64,000 bases of DNA. Origin: a bacterium. GTDB taxonomy: Bacteria > Zhuqueibacterota > Zhuqueibacteria > Zhuqueibacterales > Zhuqueibacteraceae. The number at the start of each line of letters is the position of its first letter. Position 1 is the stretch's first letter. Made by a program: the position numbers and the translations under genes. Positions 30,124 through 40,663 of the stretch are shown piece by piece. The notes beneath the pieces were generated by a model. It worked only from the letters and a program-made list of their open reading frames with translations, was not told the origin of the DNA and did no database searches. The stretch lies in the NCBI GenBank assembly GCA_044869275.1, contig JBIOXB010000223.1, forward strand, positions 120,816 to 184,815, written 5' to 3'.

Positions 30124-31914
30124 TCAATCCTCCAGCTTATCATACCAATTCATCTTCAAAATGAAACTGGTAGCGGCCAGCACGATGAGGTCATAAGCAA
30201 TATACCTCATTTCTTGAATCACGAGGAAGATAGGCAGTGCCACCAAGCTCGTTTGCCAGATGATGCCGATGGCGACGTTGAACATATCGCGCCTGAAATT
30301 CTGGTTGGCTTTGAAATTCGGATCTTCGGCAATCACCTGCTCGTGCACCGGCTTCCAGAAGCCCCAGGGGCGCACGGTTTTGTAAAATTTCTTGAGCACT
30401 TCCATGTCGTCCGGCTGGGTGGCAAACGTGGCGATGAAACATCCCGCCAGCGAGACCGCCAGGATGATGGGAAATTGGTAAAGATTCGGGGTAATTTCCA
30501 CCACTAACGGCGTGATGAGCGAAGCCGCTATGCCGGTCACCATGCCCCAGAAATAGCCATAGCCATTGAACCGCCACCAATACCATTTGAGGATATTGGC
30601 CGCGGTGTATCCGCCCCACAGGGCATTCACAATCCATTGCGTGACCGAATTGATGGATTCCACGAAGAAACCGAACCCAATGCCCACCACCACGACGGCA
30701 AGCGAGCAGATATAGCTCATTCTGATATAGGTCCTGGAATCGGCATTCGGATTGATGAAGCGTTTGTAAATATCGTTGACCAGGTAAGCCGGCGCGGCAT
30801 TCACCGTCGCCGCAAAGGTGGACATGAATGCCGCCAGCAGACCGGCCATGAGAATGCCGAGCAAACCGATGGGCACGAAATTACCCAGGGCATATGGCAG
30901 AATCAGCTCAAAGTCGAGATTCTCGCCCATGCTTTGCAATTGCGGGATAAAGTAAGCCAGTGCGAGAACGGTCAGCCCGGCGATCAACATATAGCGCGGA
31001 AAGAACAGCACGATGGAAACGAATCCGTTCATTTTTGCTGCTTCCTTCGGCGAGCGCGTCGAGAGAATGCGCTGCATATCATAATTCGGTGCCGGACCGG
31101 CCATGCTCACCAGCGTGCCTTTGAACAGCATCATGCCCCAAAAAATCGCGAACAAAGAATAACCATCCGCGGCAATTTTCGCATTCACAGAATCCAAAAT
31201 GCCGCTCCAGTCCAGGTTTAGATTCCAGCCGAAAAAGAGGTCTTTCCAGCCGGCGGGCAGCACACGATTCAGCGTCTCGGGGCTCACTTTCATGATCGCG
31301 ATGACGCCGACGGCGATGGAAGCGATGACCATAATGGCGAACTGCACGAGCTCCGTGAGCACCACGCTGAACATGCCGCCTTTAACGACATAAATCGTCG
31401 TAATGCCCATCAGGATGATGGCATAGGTATTCGGCGACAGGTGCCACGGCAGAAAGGTCGCCGCAAACTTGCCGATGCCTTTGAAGTCATAAGCGAGAAA
31501 GCCAATCACGCTTACCATGGCAAAGACCACAATAATAATGTGGCTCATCGTTGCGCCTGTGCCCGTGCCAAAGCGGGTTTTGAGCCACGCGGCACCGGTC
31601 ATGGCATTCGAGCGGCGCAGCCAGGAGGAGAGAAAGACCATCAAAAAAACCTGATTGAAAACGGGCCACAGCCAGGGAATGAACACACCCTTCAAACCGT
31701 AAACAAAGGTGAGATAGACCAGCCACATCGTGCCTGTGACGTCAAACATGCCCGAGGCATCTGAAACACCCAGGTAATACCACGGCAGGACGTTGCCGCC
31801 CAAGAAATAGGATTCCAGATTTTTGGTTGCCCGTTGGGCAATCCAAAAACCGATGACCAGCATTGAAGCCAGGTACGCGATGATGATACTGATGTCGACC
31901 CAGTGCAGCTGCAT
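30124..31914 (-). CDS. Sodium:solute symporter, putative manno-/cello-oligosaccharide transporter
   Basis: SYFLGG, SGMFDVTGTMW, PNYDMQRILS, LLAAFMST and KWYWWRFNGYGY, with many TM helices. Confidence 0.9.
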   Translation of the reverse strand: MQLHWVDISIIIAYLASMLVIGFWIAQRATKNLESYFLGGNVLPWYYLGVSDASGMFDVTGTMWLVYLTFVYGLKGVFIPWLWPVFNQVFLMVFLSSWLRRSNAMTGAAWLKTRFGTGTGATMSHIIIVVFAMVSVIGFLAYDFKGIGKFAATFLPWHLSPNTYAIILMGITTIYVVKGGMFSVVLTELVQFAIMVIASIAVGVIAIMKVSPETLNRVLPAGWKDLFFGWNLNLDWSGILDSVNAKIAADGYSLFAIFWGMMLFKGTLVSMAGPAPNYDMQRILSTRSPKEAAKMNGFVSIVLFFPRYMLIAGLTVLALAYFIPQLQSMGENLDFELILPYALGNFVPIGLLGILMAGLLAAFMSTFAATVNAAPAYLVNDIYKRFINPNADSRTYIRMSYICSLAVVVVGIGFGFFVESINSVTQWIVNALWGGYTAANILKWYWWRFNGYGYFWGMVTGIAASLITPLVVEITPNLYQFPIILAVSLAGCFIATFATQPDDMEVLKKFYKTVRPWGFWKPVHEQVIAEDPNFKANQNFRRDMFNVAIGIIWQTSLVALPIFLVIQEMRYIAYDLIVLAATSFILKMNWYDKLED

Positions 31915-31968
31915 AATCTCCCTCTTTGTTTTTGCCAACAGCAAGATGCTGAAAAATCAGCTCAGCGA

Positions 31969-33678
31969 CTACGGCTGCCGCGTGATCAAGCAAGCAAGGT
32001 CTTTTGAGAAGGGAGGAATCGCCAGCGACAGTACACCGTCGCCCTTCACTTCAGCCTCGGTTTTTTTCTCGTGAAAATTTCCGCTCTGAGGATCATACCA
32101 GGCGATGGCGTAGCGTCCGGGCGCGAGGTCAGGAATGGATTGCGAGAACGCGCCTATTTGCTGCGGCTGCTTGTCTTCATTTACCAGCGACCATTGGTAA
32201 GCCTCGTTCTTGAGCCACAGGGCACATTGTTCTCCGCTGTAAATGCAACGCACCAGGCAGGGTGCTTGTTCTTCAGGTTTTGCTTCCAAACGGCCAACGG
32301 GCAGGGTGGCGAAGACCAGGTGCTTCGCTTCAAAGCTTATCTTCTCCGCAAAGCGCGAGAGCTTCACATATTCGCTCCAAAGATTGTGTGGATCGATGTA
32401 ATTGTCCCACCACCAACTGAGCGGAATGATGGGCGTTTCATTGAACCAGCCGGACCAAATGCCGTTGTGAAGCCCGATGTGTTGTGGATCGACTTGATAG
32501 GTCAGGTCGCCGCCGCGGAACTCGACGCCGAACTCGCCCAAGACAAAAGGCTTTTGATAGTATTCGATCATGGCTTCATGCAGATCTGTGAAGTGCGGGG
32601 CAATATTCAGCGCGTTGTAATCGTGATACATGACAAAATCCATCGCCGGCGATTTGAAGGCCTCCACCAGCTTCTCCGGAAGTCCGCGCGTCCCGCTGGT
32701 CGAAACCAGGCGCTCGTGCACGTCGATGGACTTGATATACTCCGCCATCTCCACGTGCCAGCGATTTACCGGAATGGCCTTGCCCGCCATCAAATCCGCC
32801 TCGTTATAAAACTCCCACGCCGCAAGGCGGGAGCTATGCCCAAAACGAGAGACGATATATTTGTAGCGCTTTTTGAAAAATGCCTTCGCGAACTCGTTGG
32901 TAAAAAGCTCTGCGCCATCTACACAGGGGCCGCCGTTGGTTCTATTGTAGGGATTTATCAGCCAGCGATTTTCCCTGAAATACCCCATACCCTTGCGCGC
33001 GACACCGTGGTAATCCATGCAAAGAATCACGAAAATGCCGTACTTGTCTCCCAACTGCAGAATGGCGTCAAGCTGGCGGGCCGAGTCCAAGTTATAGCGG
33101 CCCAGGCCGGTTTCTTGCCATTCAAAGGATAGATTCCACGGGCACATCCACACGCGCGTCACATTCATGCCTGCGGCTTGCATCTTCTTGAAGTAATATT
33201 CATAATCGCTGGCCCAGCAAACATTCACCCCGATCCCGCGAAACGCCTGCCCATTCTCATATGCAAAAACCCCGAGCCGTTCCGAGATTTTCAGCCCTCC
33301 TTTGTTTTTTGCCGAATCAGGCTTGACCGGTAATTCAAATTGTTCTTGCACTTTCCCATTGATGATGACGCTGAAGCGATGCAGGCCGGCTTGCTTGGGC
33401 GCAAAACGCGCTTCCCATTGCTCCACGCTGTCGGCATTCGTGCCATCGTAGAAAAAGGAGAGGGTGCGCCGGGAGAAATCCGGCTGCTGAATGAGCAGCT
33501 CCACTTGATTCGTTTCGAGATCGAAAGGATTTTCGAACCGCAGATTCGCCGCAAAATGAAATCTCATGGTTTCGTACTGCCGCCCCTCGGTGGGCCGTTC
33601 CACCATATCCCTCGCCGCGAGCGGCGCGCAAAACCCCAGGAGCATGAGCGCAACAGAAAATGGAAATGAGAGGTTCAT
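31969..33678 (-). CDS. Secreted clan GH-A glycoside hydrolase with N-terminal DUF5060-like domain
   Basis: Signal peptide, NPFD...WEARFAP, WEFYNEAD (acid/base), HDY and KPFVLGEFG (nucleophile). Confidence 0.8.
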   Translation of the reverse strand: MNLSFPFSVALMLLGFCAPLAARDMVERPTEGRQYETMRFHFAANLRFENPFDLETNQVELLIQQPDFSRRTLSFFYDGTNADSVEQWEARFAPKQAGLHRFSVIINGKVQEQFELPVKPDSAKNKGGLKISERLGVFAYENGQAFRGIGVNVCWASDYEYYFKKMQAAGMNVTRVWMCPWNLSFEWQETGLGRYNLDSARQLDAILQLGDKYGIFVILCMDYHGVARKGMGYFRENRWLINPYNRTNGGPCVDGAELFTNEFAKAFFKKRYKYIVSRFGHSSRLAAWEFYNEADLMAGKAIPVNRWHVEMAEYIKSIDVHERLVSTSGTRGLPEKLVEAFKSPAMDFVMYHDYNALNIAPHFTDLHEAMIEYYQKPFVLGEFGVEFRGGDLTYQVDPQHIGLHNGIWSGWFNETPIIPLSWWWDNYIDPHNLWSEYVKLSRFAEKISFEAKHLVFATLPVGRLEAKPEEQAPCLVRCIYSGEQCALWLKNEAYQWSLVNEDKQPQQIGAFSQSIPDLAPGRYAIAWYDPQSGNFHEKKTEAEVKGDGVLSLAIPPFSKDLACLITRQP

Positions 33679-33808
33679 AAACTTTCCAATCTGGATGGGG
33701 TGAGGTCGTTTACGAACTGTGCTGCACGCATTATCATCGTAAGGACTATCTTGGCTTTTGCAAGGATTCAGCTCGCATCCGGTTATTTCGCTGTGACGGA
33801 ACGCGAGG

Positions 33809-35188
33809 CTACAGGCCATTCCGCTTGATGACCTCGGCATACCATTTCGCAGAAGCCTTGGGGATGCGCTGGCCGGTGCGAAAGTCAACATAGTGTAAGC
33901 CAAAACGCTTCGAATATCCCTCACCCCACTCAAAATTATCCAGGAAGGACCAGACAAAGTAACCCTGGAGATCGACGTTGTGCTGCAGTGCTTCGTAAGC
34001 AGCATTGAGATAGCCCTCGAAAAAAGCGATGCGCTGGTGATCCTCCACTTTTTCGTTCTCCAGGACCTCAGGCAAGGCGCAGCCGTTTTCCGTCACATAG
34101 ATGGCGGGCGAATCGTAACGCGCGTCGATCCACTGCAACAGTTTTTGCAACCCCCAGGGAACGATATTCCATTCCATCTCGGTTTTTTTCCAAAGCGGAT
34201 CGGAGCTCAGCGTGATACCTTGATCTTCAGCCATGCCGCCAGTATCTTGAACCCCATATCCAGGCTGGGCGGCAGTTGCGTGTGCGGCATACATCGTGGA
34301 ATAGTGGTTCAAGCCAAAAAAATCTGCTGAGCCTTTGAGCAGCGTCTTCTCGGCCTCGGTAAAATGCGGCAGCCGGTTTCCGAGCCTTTCCCGCATCACC
34401 GCCGGATAGTCTCCCTTGAAAACCGGATCGGCAAACCAGCCCAGAAAAAATTCCACGGCGCGTTGCGCCGCTTGCCGGTCCGCCTCGCTGCCGGTGCGCG
34501 GCTCTCGCCAGTCGCAATTGTTGCTCAGGGAGATGCGCCCTTTTTGATGCGGCTGAAATTGCGTGCGATATTTTTCCACCGCCAAGGCATGGGCGCGCAG
34601 CAGCGTATGCCCGCTGTGATAGGGTTCATCTCGTGAAACGCGCCCGGGCGCGTGTATGCCGAGACCATGGCCCAAAACCGCACTGCACCACGGTTCGTTC
34701 AAGGTCAACCAATGTTTGACGCGATCGCCCAAAGCCTCAAAGCAAATGGCCGCGTAGTCCGCAAAGAACGTGGCGAGCTGGGGATTGAGCCAGCCGTTGT
34801 ATTCCATTTGCAAGGCCAGAGGCAAGTCCCAATGATAAAGTGTGACCCAGGGCGTGATCTGATGTGCCAGCAACGTGTCGATCAAGTCGGAATAAAAGCG
34901 CAGACCTTTAGGATTGGGCTTGCCCTGGCCCGAGGGTTGAATGCGCGGCCACGAGAGCGAGAAGCGATAGGCGCGCAGACCCATGCCGGCCATAAGTTCG
35001 ACGTCTTCTTTAAAGCGATAGTAATGGTCGCAGGCGAAATCTCCGTTCTCGTCGTTTTTTATTTTCCCCGGGATGTGGCAAAAGCCGTCCCAAATCGACA
35101 GGCCTTTGCCGGCCTCGAGCCACGCCCCTTCGATTTGATAGCTCGAGGTGGCCGCGCCCCACACAAAATCGGTTGGGAATTTTTTCAT
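33809..35188 (-). CDS. GH1 beta-glucosidase
   Basis: FVWGAATSSYQIEG, TLYHWDLP, TLNEP, VTENG and WSFLDNFEWGEGY. Confidence 0.96.
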   Translation of the reverse strand: MKKFPTDFVWGAATSSYQIEGAWLEAGKGLSIWDGFCHIPGKIKNDENGDFACDHYYRFKEDVELMAGMGLRAYRFSLSWPRIQPSGQGKPNPKGLRFYSDLIDTLLAHQITPWVTLYHWDLPLALQMEYNGWLNPQLATFFADYAAICFEALGDRVKHWLTLNEPWCSAVLGHGLGIHAPGRVSRDEPYHSGHTLLRAHALAVEKYRTQFQPHQKGRISLSNNCDWREPRTGSEADRQAAQRAVEFFLGWFADPVFKGDYPAVMRERLGNRLPHFTEAEKTLLKGSADFFGLNHYSTMYAAHATAAQPGYGVQDTGGMAEDQGITLSSDPLWKKTEMEWNIVPWGLQKLLQWIDARYDSPAIYVTENGCALPEVLENEKVEDHQRIAFFEGYLNAAYEALQHNVDLQGYFVWSFLDNFEWGEGYSKRFGLHYVDFRTGQRIPKASAKWYAEVIKRNGL

Positions 35189-35335
35189 GGTCTCACTTTC
35201 GGGTTGAACGTACCGCACGTGTGGTAAATAAATTGTGGCATTATTTGGCGAGCAACATGCGCTGCACTTGCTGATGCTTCCCTGCCTGAAGACGATAAAA
35301 ATAAATTCCGCATGAAGGTCTCACGTTGGTCAAAA

Positions 35336-36319
35336 TCAGGAATTGCTTTTTATAAAAGCGATGAGCTCATCCACCTGAGCAAAGGCGATCGCCGTGTAAG
35401 TATCCGCTGCGCCATAGTAGATCGCAATCCGGCCCGTTTCTGCATCGCACAGAGTCGCGCAGGGAAACACCACGTTCGGAACAAACCCTGCAATTTCGTA
35501 TTGCTTCTCCGGTGTAAGGATATAGTCCCTGGTGCGATATAGCACTTTGCTGGGCTCCTCTAAGTCCAGCAAGGCCGCGCCCATGCTGTATACGAAGCCA
35601 TTGCACGTGGTGGTTACGCCGTGATAGAAAAGCAACCAGCCTTCCCTGGTTTCAATGGGCACCGGCCCGGCGCCGATCTTGGTCGCTTGCCACCAGCTTC
35701 TGCCGCCGCTTGACATCACGTGCCGGTGTTTGCCCCAGAACGTCAGGTCGGGGCTGTAGCTGAGAACGATATCGCCGAACGGTGTGTGGCCACTGTCGCT
35801 GGGACGGCTCAACATCACATAAAGGCCATTGATCCTTCTGGGAAACAGCACACCGTTCCGGTTGAACGGCATGGTGGGATTTTCCAGACGGGTAAAGGTT
35901 TTGAAATCTTTGGTCATTCCCATGCCGATGGAGGGGCCGGGGAAATCGTCGCACCACGTAATATAGTAAGCATCTTCGATCCTCAACAAGCGAGGATCGT
36001 AAGCGTAACTGGTCGGCGCCGAATTCCCCTTCTCATCCACCCAATTGATGTCGCGAGGATTCAGTTCCCAATGGATGGCATCCTGACTTCTCCCAAAATG
36101 CAATTGCGGGCGGCCGTTCCTGTGGTCCACCCGGAAAACGCCGACAAAGGCGCGCTCATACGGAAGCACGGCGCTATTAAAAGCTCGTGCGCCGCAGGGA
36201 ATGGGGTTCCAATCAATAATCGGATTCTTGCTGTAGCGCCACACCACCTCGCCCCGATCTTTGGGTTTGTTTTCCCACGGGATATTGGGCAATCTTGCTC
36301 CGACGATCATTTCGCTCAT
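35336..36319 (-). CDS. GH130 beta-1,4-mannooligosaccharide phosphorylase-like
   Basis: AFNSAV, YAYDPR, NRNGVLFP, RPSDSGHTPFGDI, KIGAGPVP and VPNVVFP, the pattern of GH130 subgroup 2. Confidence 0.92.
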   Translation of the reverse strand: MSEMIVGARLPNIPWENKPKDRGEVVWRYSKNPIIDWNPIPCGARAFNSAVLPYERAFVGVFRVDHRNGRPQLHFGRSQDAIHWELNPRDINWVDEKGNSAPTSYAYDPRLLRIEDAYYITWCDDFPGPSIGMGMTKDFKTFTRLENPTMPFNRNGVLFPRRINGLYVMLSRPSDSGHTPFGDIVLSYSPDLTFWGKHRHVMSSGGRSWWQATKIGAGPVPIETREGWLLFYHGVTTTCNGFVYSMGAALLDLEEPSKVLYRTRDYILTPEKQYEIAGFVPNVVFPCATLCDAETGRIAIYYGAADTYTAIAFAQVDELIAFIKSNS

Positions 36320-36372
36320 ACGTGGCGTCCCTTAAGTTGATACAACGTTGGATGGGTCAGAATCAGGCCAGT

Positions 36373-36480
36373 TTGAAACCGCCAATGAACGCGAATTTAC
36401 GCTAATATGTTCTGAATTCGCGTTTATTAGCGTTCATTCGCGTTTTGAGAATTGGGAAAGTCATTTAATTCTCAATGCTA
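36373..36480 (+). repeat. Partial copy of the ~136-bp MITE-like family at 58426, 58586 and 62607
   Basis: aaaccgccaatgaacgcgaat...attcgcgtttattagcgttcattcgcg...gagaattgggaaag. Confidence 0.8.
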
Positions 36481-36497
36481 AATTTGTACCGGATATT

Positions 36498-37112
36498 TTA
36501 TTTCTCTCTTACCAGAATCGTGTTATTGACTTCGATCAATTCGCGTTTCCGCAGGCCTGCGGCAATGGCCTGGGTATATTGGGGTTGAACTTTTTCCAAT
36601 GCGACCGCACCTTTCAAGACTTGATCCAATATGCCGTCGGCATTTTGATCGACAATAATGATGATCTCCGGGTGGACGGCCTGACGATGATCCGTAATCA
36701 CAAACTCATTGAAAGGCCGGGCATTGGCGGGCCGGAAGCTTCTGATTTCGATCTGGGAACCGTTTTTTTCGTACACGTAACGGGCGACGCGCGGAATGCG
36801 CACCTGCAATTTGTTTTCTTGGGCGAGGCGGGCGAGACCATGCTCATAAATCTTTTGGGCTTCGCTTAGACTCGTTTCTCCGAACAGGATACGATCGAGG
36901 ACACGATCCTGATCAAAATCCGCCGCCACAAAGTTTTTCCCAACCAGCTCGTTGTAGGACTCTTTTTTATCCTCCGAGAAAATAGAACGGATACGGTGGA
37001 CCTCATCGTTGTAGCTGAACCTGTACTGTGAGGCGCTGGGTTGCGGCTTCTGAGGCGCACATGCGCTCATGAGAAGCAACATTAATATGCAGCTTGGGAC
37101 CGAGATTTTCAT
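36498..37112 (-). CDS. Hypothetical lipoprotein
   Basis: Lipobox LMSAC; two D-x-D/N-x-D-x-x-L-D loops (DFDQDRVLD, DQNADGILD). Confidence 0.7.
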   Translation of the reverse strand: MKISVPSCILMLLLMSACAPQKPQPSASQYRFSYNDEVHRIRSIFSEDKKESYNELVGKNFVAADFDQDRVLDRILFGETSLSEAQKIYEHGLARLAQENKLQVRIPRVARYVYEKNGSQIEIRSFRPANARPFNEFVITDHRQAVHPEIIIIVDQNADGILDQVLKGAVALEKVQPQYTQAIAAGLRKRELIEVNNTILVREK

Positions 37113-37378
37113 TTTGATTCCTCCGAGCGTAAAAAGAGGCATTGACGGCGCCAAGAGGACGGACAGCCAAACCCAGCGTTTTCCCATCCAGCATGCGCTG
37201 GAGCACCGGGTTTGAGAGTGTGATGAAATTTTTGTGGCCGCGCTCCTGCGCCACGTCGACATCGATGATCATCTGGGACTAAAGCCCATTTTGACGCTGT
37301 GCCAAGCGCTCAAAAAGTTTCCTCCTGAATGACAAAAAGGGGGCGTGGCCGATTTAACGTTGTAGTAATAGGTATAGA

Positions 37379-37651
37379 TCACAACTGCGCCGCCATTAAC
37401 TGTGCTGCCTCTGCCGAGGTGCGCACCGGCACGATCTCGAATTCGGCGAGATCCCGCCACGCGTTCGTCCACACCGCGAACAGCTCGACCTCCTCAGTGC
37501 GCATGAGCTGATAGCAGGTCTCGAACTCAAGATCGACCCAACTCGAGACGTACTCCAGGCCATCAGGTAGCATCCGGCCCTGCTCGCGGGCACGGCGATA
37601 GATCTCTGGTGCTGCCCCTGTTTTAAAACGCTCGATCACCATGTAGAGCAT
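37379..37651 (-). CDS. DUF3303-family small protein
   Basis: MLYMVIERF...GRMLPDGLEYVSSWV...CYQLM...WRDLAEFEIVPV. Confidence 0.82.
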   Translation of the reverse strand: MLYMVIERFKTGAAPEIYRRAREQGRMLPDGLEYVSSWVDLEFETCYQLMRTEEVELFAVWTNAWRDLAEFEIVPVRTSAEAAQLMAAQL

Positions 37652-37672
37652 CTTCGGTCTCCTCCGCCAGCG

Positions 37673-38509
37673 TCACTGCTTCACCGTTTTGTCCAATGGC
37701 CTGCCCAGACTCTCATACAAGTTTTTCCGGCCAGCCATGTCCTTGTCCAAGATTTCACGAGCGTGTTTCGCGACTTGTTCAGCCACATGCCGGGGAACCA
37801 CGATCACACCGTCGCCGTCGGCCACGACCATATCTCCAGGGCAGACCAAGACGCCGCCAATGACCACCGGGCGATTGACAGATTCCAATTCATTTCTCCC
37901 CGGGCGAATGCCGCGCCCTTTTTTTCGCAAATAAAGTGGGACCTTTTCAATCGCGATTTCATCCGTGTCTCTGGCGCAGGCATCCGTCACCACACCCACG
38001 GCGCCACTCTTGTGCCAGGCCAAAATATTGAAAGAACCAATGCTGCCGATATCCTTCTCCTCAACGTCATCGATGACCACGACCGCCCCGGGTTTAATCA
38101 CTTTCGCGAAAGCTTCATGTGAATACGCATTGTAAAAATTTCCTTCCCACGTTTGAAATTCTTCCCCGGGTTTCGGGCGATCCGGTCGCTGCGTGGGGAC
38201 ATAGCGCGCCGTAACCGCAATTCCTCGCATCTGGTGTGAGAGATTTTCCGTATCAGTCCAATCCGCATGAATGGCCGGGTTCACCAACCCCGTGCCGGGC
38301 AGCCCAACCATATCCATGCCGTCTGAAACATCGGCCACGCGCAACCCGGCAAAGAGTTGCAGAATTCTAGCATTCTCTTCATCTGAGTATGTTTTGGTCG
38401 GGATGAAGTTCACGCCGCCTGCGAGGTCGGTTTTGTCCATCTCTTGGGACAAAATATGAGAGTTCAAACATGTAAAAATGCCCAGAAGGAGCCGGATCAC
38501 TATTTTCAT
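37673..38509 (-). CDS. RraA/HMG-aldolase family protein with predicted signal peptide
   Basis: ADVSDGMD, GAVGVVTD, ARDTDE and PGDMVVADGDGVIVVP. Confidence 0.85.
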   Translation of the reverse strand: MKIVIRLLLGIFTCLNSHILSQEMDKTDLAGGVNFIPTKTYSDEENARILQLFAGLRVADVSDGMDMVGLPGTGLVNPAIHADWTDTENLSHQMRGIAVTARYVPTQRPDRPKPGEEFQTWEGNFYNAYSHEAFAKVIKPGAVVVIDDVEEKDIGSIGSFNILAWHKSGAVGVVTDACARDTDEIAIEKVPLYLRKKGRGIRPGRNELESVNRPVVIGGVLVCPGDMVVADGDGVIVVPRHVAEQVAKHAREILDKDMAGRKNLYESLGRPLDKTVKQ

Positions 38510-38632
38510 AACTATTTCTCCAAATCAGTTTGGATGGGCGGCATGAGTGTATCCCTGAAGAACCGGCCTTGCTTGCTCCGCTCAAAATTCCAGTTTTCAA
38601 TCAACAGAGACGGCCAAACTGGATCAATCATT

Positions 38633-40663
38633 TCACCGCACGCTGAACAAGCTCGTAAAGCTCGCGGCCGCGAGCATAAATTGCGCCCTACCGCTGACGA
38701 CCGGAATACGCTTGCCTTCCTTCATGCCACGCCCGCTATCCGTGACGTAAATGCGCAACTGATTCATGCCGGCCGGCAGTCCGGTGACCGTGGCCGGCCG
38801 GGCCGCGCCGTTGTTGACGATATGCACCGCATACTTGCCATTGGCGAGGTCGCCGAAAGCGGCACTGGTGAGGCCGGAATGGTCACACGTGATGGGCAAA
38901 GCAAAGGACCGCGCCGGCGTCGCCGCGAGCTGCTTGAGATTCCAGAACCGCTGCGTGGGACGAAGTGATTCCTTATCGTTGCCAAAAACGCCACCGCCTG
39001 CCAGGATGGAATAGTCGGCGGTCAACTGCCATTGCAGAATCGCCCTGGGCTGGCTGAGAGCGCAGATACGCGTGTAGAGGTTGATTTCATGGAGCGCGAA
39101 CGAAGGCTCATCAAAGATCTCGGGATAGGTCCAGGCAGCCGCGTCCGTACTGCCTTCGCCGACCAATAAAGGAACGTTCAATTCTGTGGCCGCGTCGCTC
39201 CACTGGCCCAAGAGCTCATCCGTGCAGCCTCTCCAAGAATGAAAGGAAACGGCGGCAATGTACTTCACTGCCTCCAAATCCTTCATGGCCGGTTTGATGA
39301 AATCGATCGGCCAGCCGTCGGAAGTATCGCCGAGCAACAGTTTGGTGGCAAGCCCTATGGAGGCGAGGTGGCTGCCCAGGCCCTTGATGAATTCAGCATG
39401 TTCTGCCGCCGTCTGCCGGACGTTGATGCCGAGATCGGATTCGTTGAATGAAAAAGCCACGGCTTCGACGCCATACCGTTGTTTGAGGAGGAGCAAATAG
39501 GCGCCGATGGACTTGTAGATTCCATCCTGCTTCGCGGGATTGAGCGGATAGCCGCGCAGGCCGCCTGGTTGTGGGCGGGAGGCGGCACGGGGATCCCCGA
39601 TGATGGCCCAGGCTGGCGCGGACCAGTCACTGACAATGACCTGCATATCTCGTTGCGCCAGCGTGCGGGCCATTTCCATGGCCGCACGCACGCGAGGGTG
39701 AAGATTGCCGGCCTGCGCTGCCGCAAGGGGATCAACGTCTTCATCGGGATGCCAGAATTGCCAGGGCATCTCGACCCGCCCCCAGGTTACACGCAGGTTT
39801 TCAAGATTGTATTGAATGACCTGAGGATCCGTCTGGGGGTTTTGCAGGCGAAAGTTGCCACCCAGGCCGTCAAACACCCGGCCGGGACGCGAGGCCTCCA
39901 GCACGAGCTCCACCGGCCTGCTGTCGACTTCGCCTGAAGCTTTCAAGGTGAAAGTATTCTGCGCGGTCTGGCCTTTCTTCGCGTTGCCCGGCAGGAGGGC
40001 CAGATACACGTTGAGGTTGGTGCTGTCCCGTTGGGGCTCGTGATTTCCTGAGACCGCCACATCGTTCCGAAGAATGATTTCCGTGGGTGTGGCGAACCTC
40101 ACCTCAAGCTGGCGGTGCGGTGAAAAGAAGCGCGCGCCGCTGGCAGTGGCGCGCACCTGGGCATGGCGTTCGCCAGGGCGTAGAGAAAACTCGGTTTCGG
40201 CGGGCGGCTGCGCGTCAATGAACTGGACCGTGCCCCTGGTATATTCAGCGCCAGGGAGTGCGATACAAAAGAAAGCGCCGGCGATGCTGGTGTCCGCCTG
40301 GGAGGAGCATTGCACGGCGATGGCGGCGATGCCGGGTCCGGTTTCTTCAACCACTTCGGTGAAAGACAAAGGCTCCAAGACCGCAGAAATGGTCTGCGTG
40401 TTCCCGCGGCGCGCGTAGCGGTGCTTCTGGCTTTGCTGTTCTTTCGCGGTCTGGGTGCATTCCGACCAATCCGATTGCACCACACGCAGGCTCGTTTGGA
40501 ATTCCATCAACTGGCCATGGAGGCGTATGCCAGTCAGATTGCCCCAGGCCATTACTTCAGGCCGGTCGATATGGGAGAATTTTTTCGAACCGGCACAGCC
40601 CCAGATCGCCGAGGTCGACAGTAAACAACCAAGTACTTTTAACGCGCGCATTTCCGCACTCAT
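38633..40663 (-). CDS. GH30-like glycoside hydrolase, probable lipoprotein
   Basis: FDGLGGNF, WSAPAW, SFNESD, SFHSW, VGEGS and C-terminal beta-sandwich; ATGA overlap with the upstream epimerase; IWGC lipobox. Confidence 0.7.
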   Translation of the reverse strand: MSAEMRALKVLGCLLSTSAIWGCAGSKKFSHIDRPEVMAWGNLTGIRLHGQLMEFQTSLRVVQSDWSECTQTAKEQQSQKHRYARRGNTQTISAVLEPLSFTEVVEETGPGIAAIAVQCSSQADTSIAGAFFCIALPGAEYTRGTVQFIDAQPPAETEFSLRPGERHAQVRATASGARFFSPHRQLEVRFATPTEIILRNDVAVSGNHEPQRDSTNLNVYLALLPGNAKKGQTAQNTFTLKASGEVDSRPVELVLEASRPGRVFDGLGGNFRLQNPQTDPQVIQYNLENLRVTWGRVEMPWQFWHPDEDVDPLAAAQAGNLHPRVRAAMEMARTLAQRDMQVIVSDWSAPAWAIIGDPRAASRPQPGGLRGYPLNPAKQDGIYKSIGAYLLLLKQRYGVEAVAFSFNESDLGINVRQTAAEHAEFIKGLGSHLASIGLATKLLLGDTSDGWPIDFIKPAMKDLEAVKYIAAVSFHSWRGCTDELLGQWSDAATELNVPLLVGEGSTDAAAWTYPEIFDEPSFALHEINLYTRICALSQPRAILQWQLTADYSILAGGGVFGNDKESLRPTQRFWNLKQLAATPARSFALPITCDHSGLTSAAFGDLANGKYAVHIVNNGAARPATVTGLPAGMNQLRIYVTDSGRGMKEGKRIPVVSGRAQFMLAAASFTSLFSVR

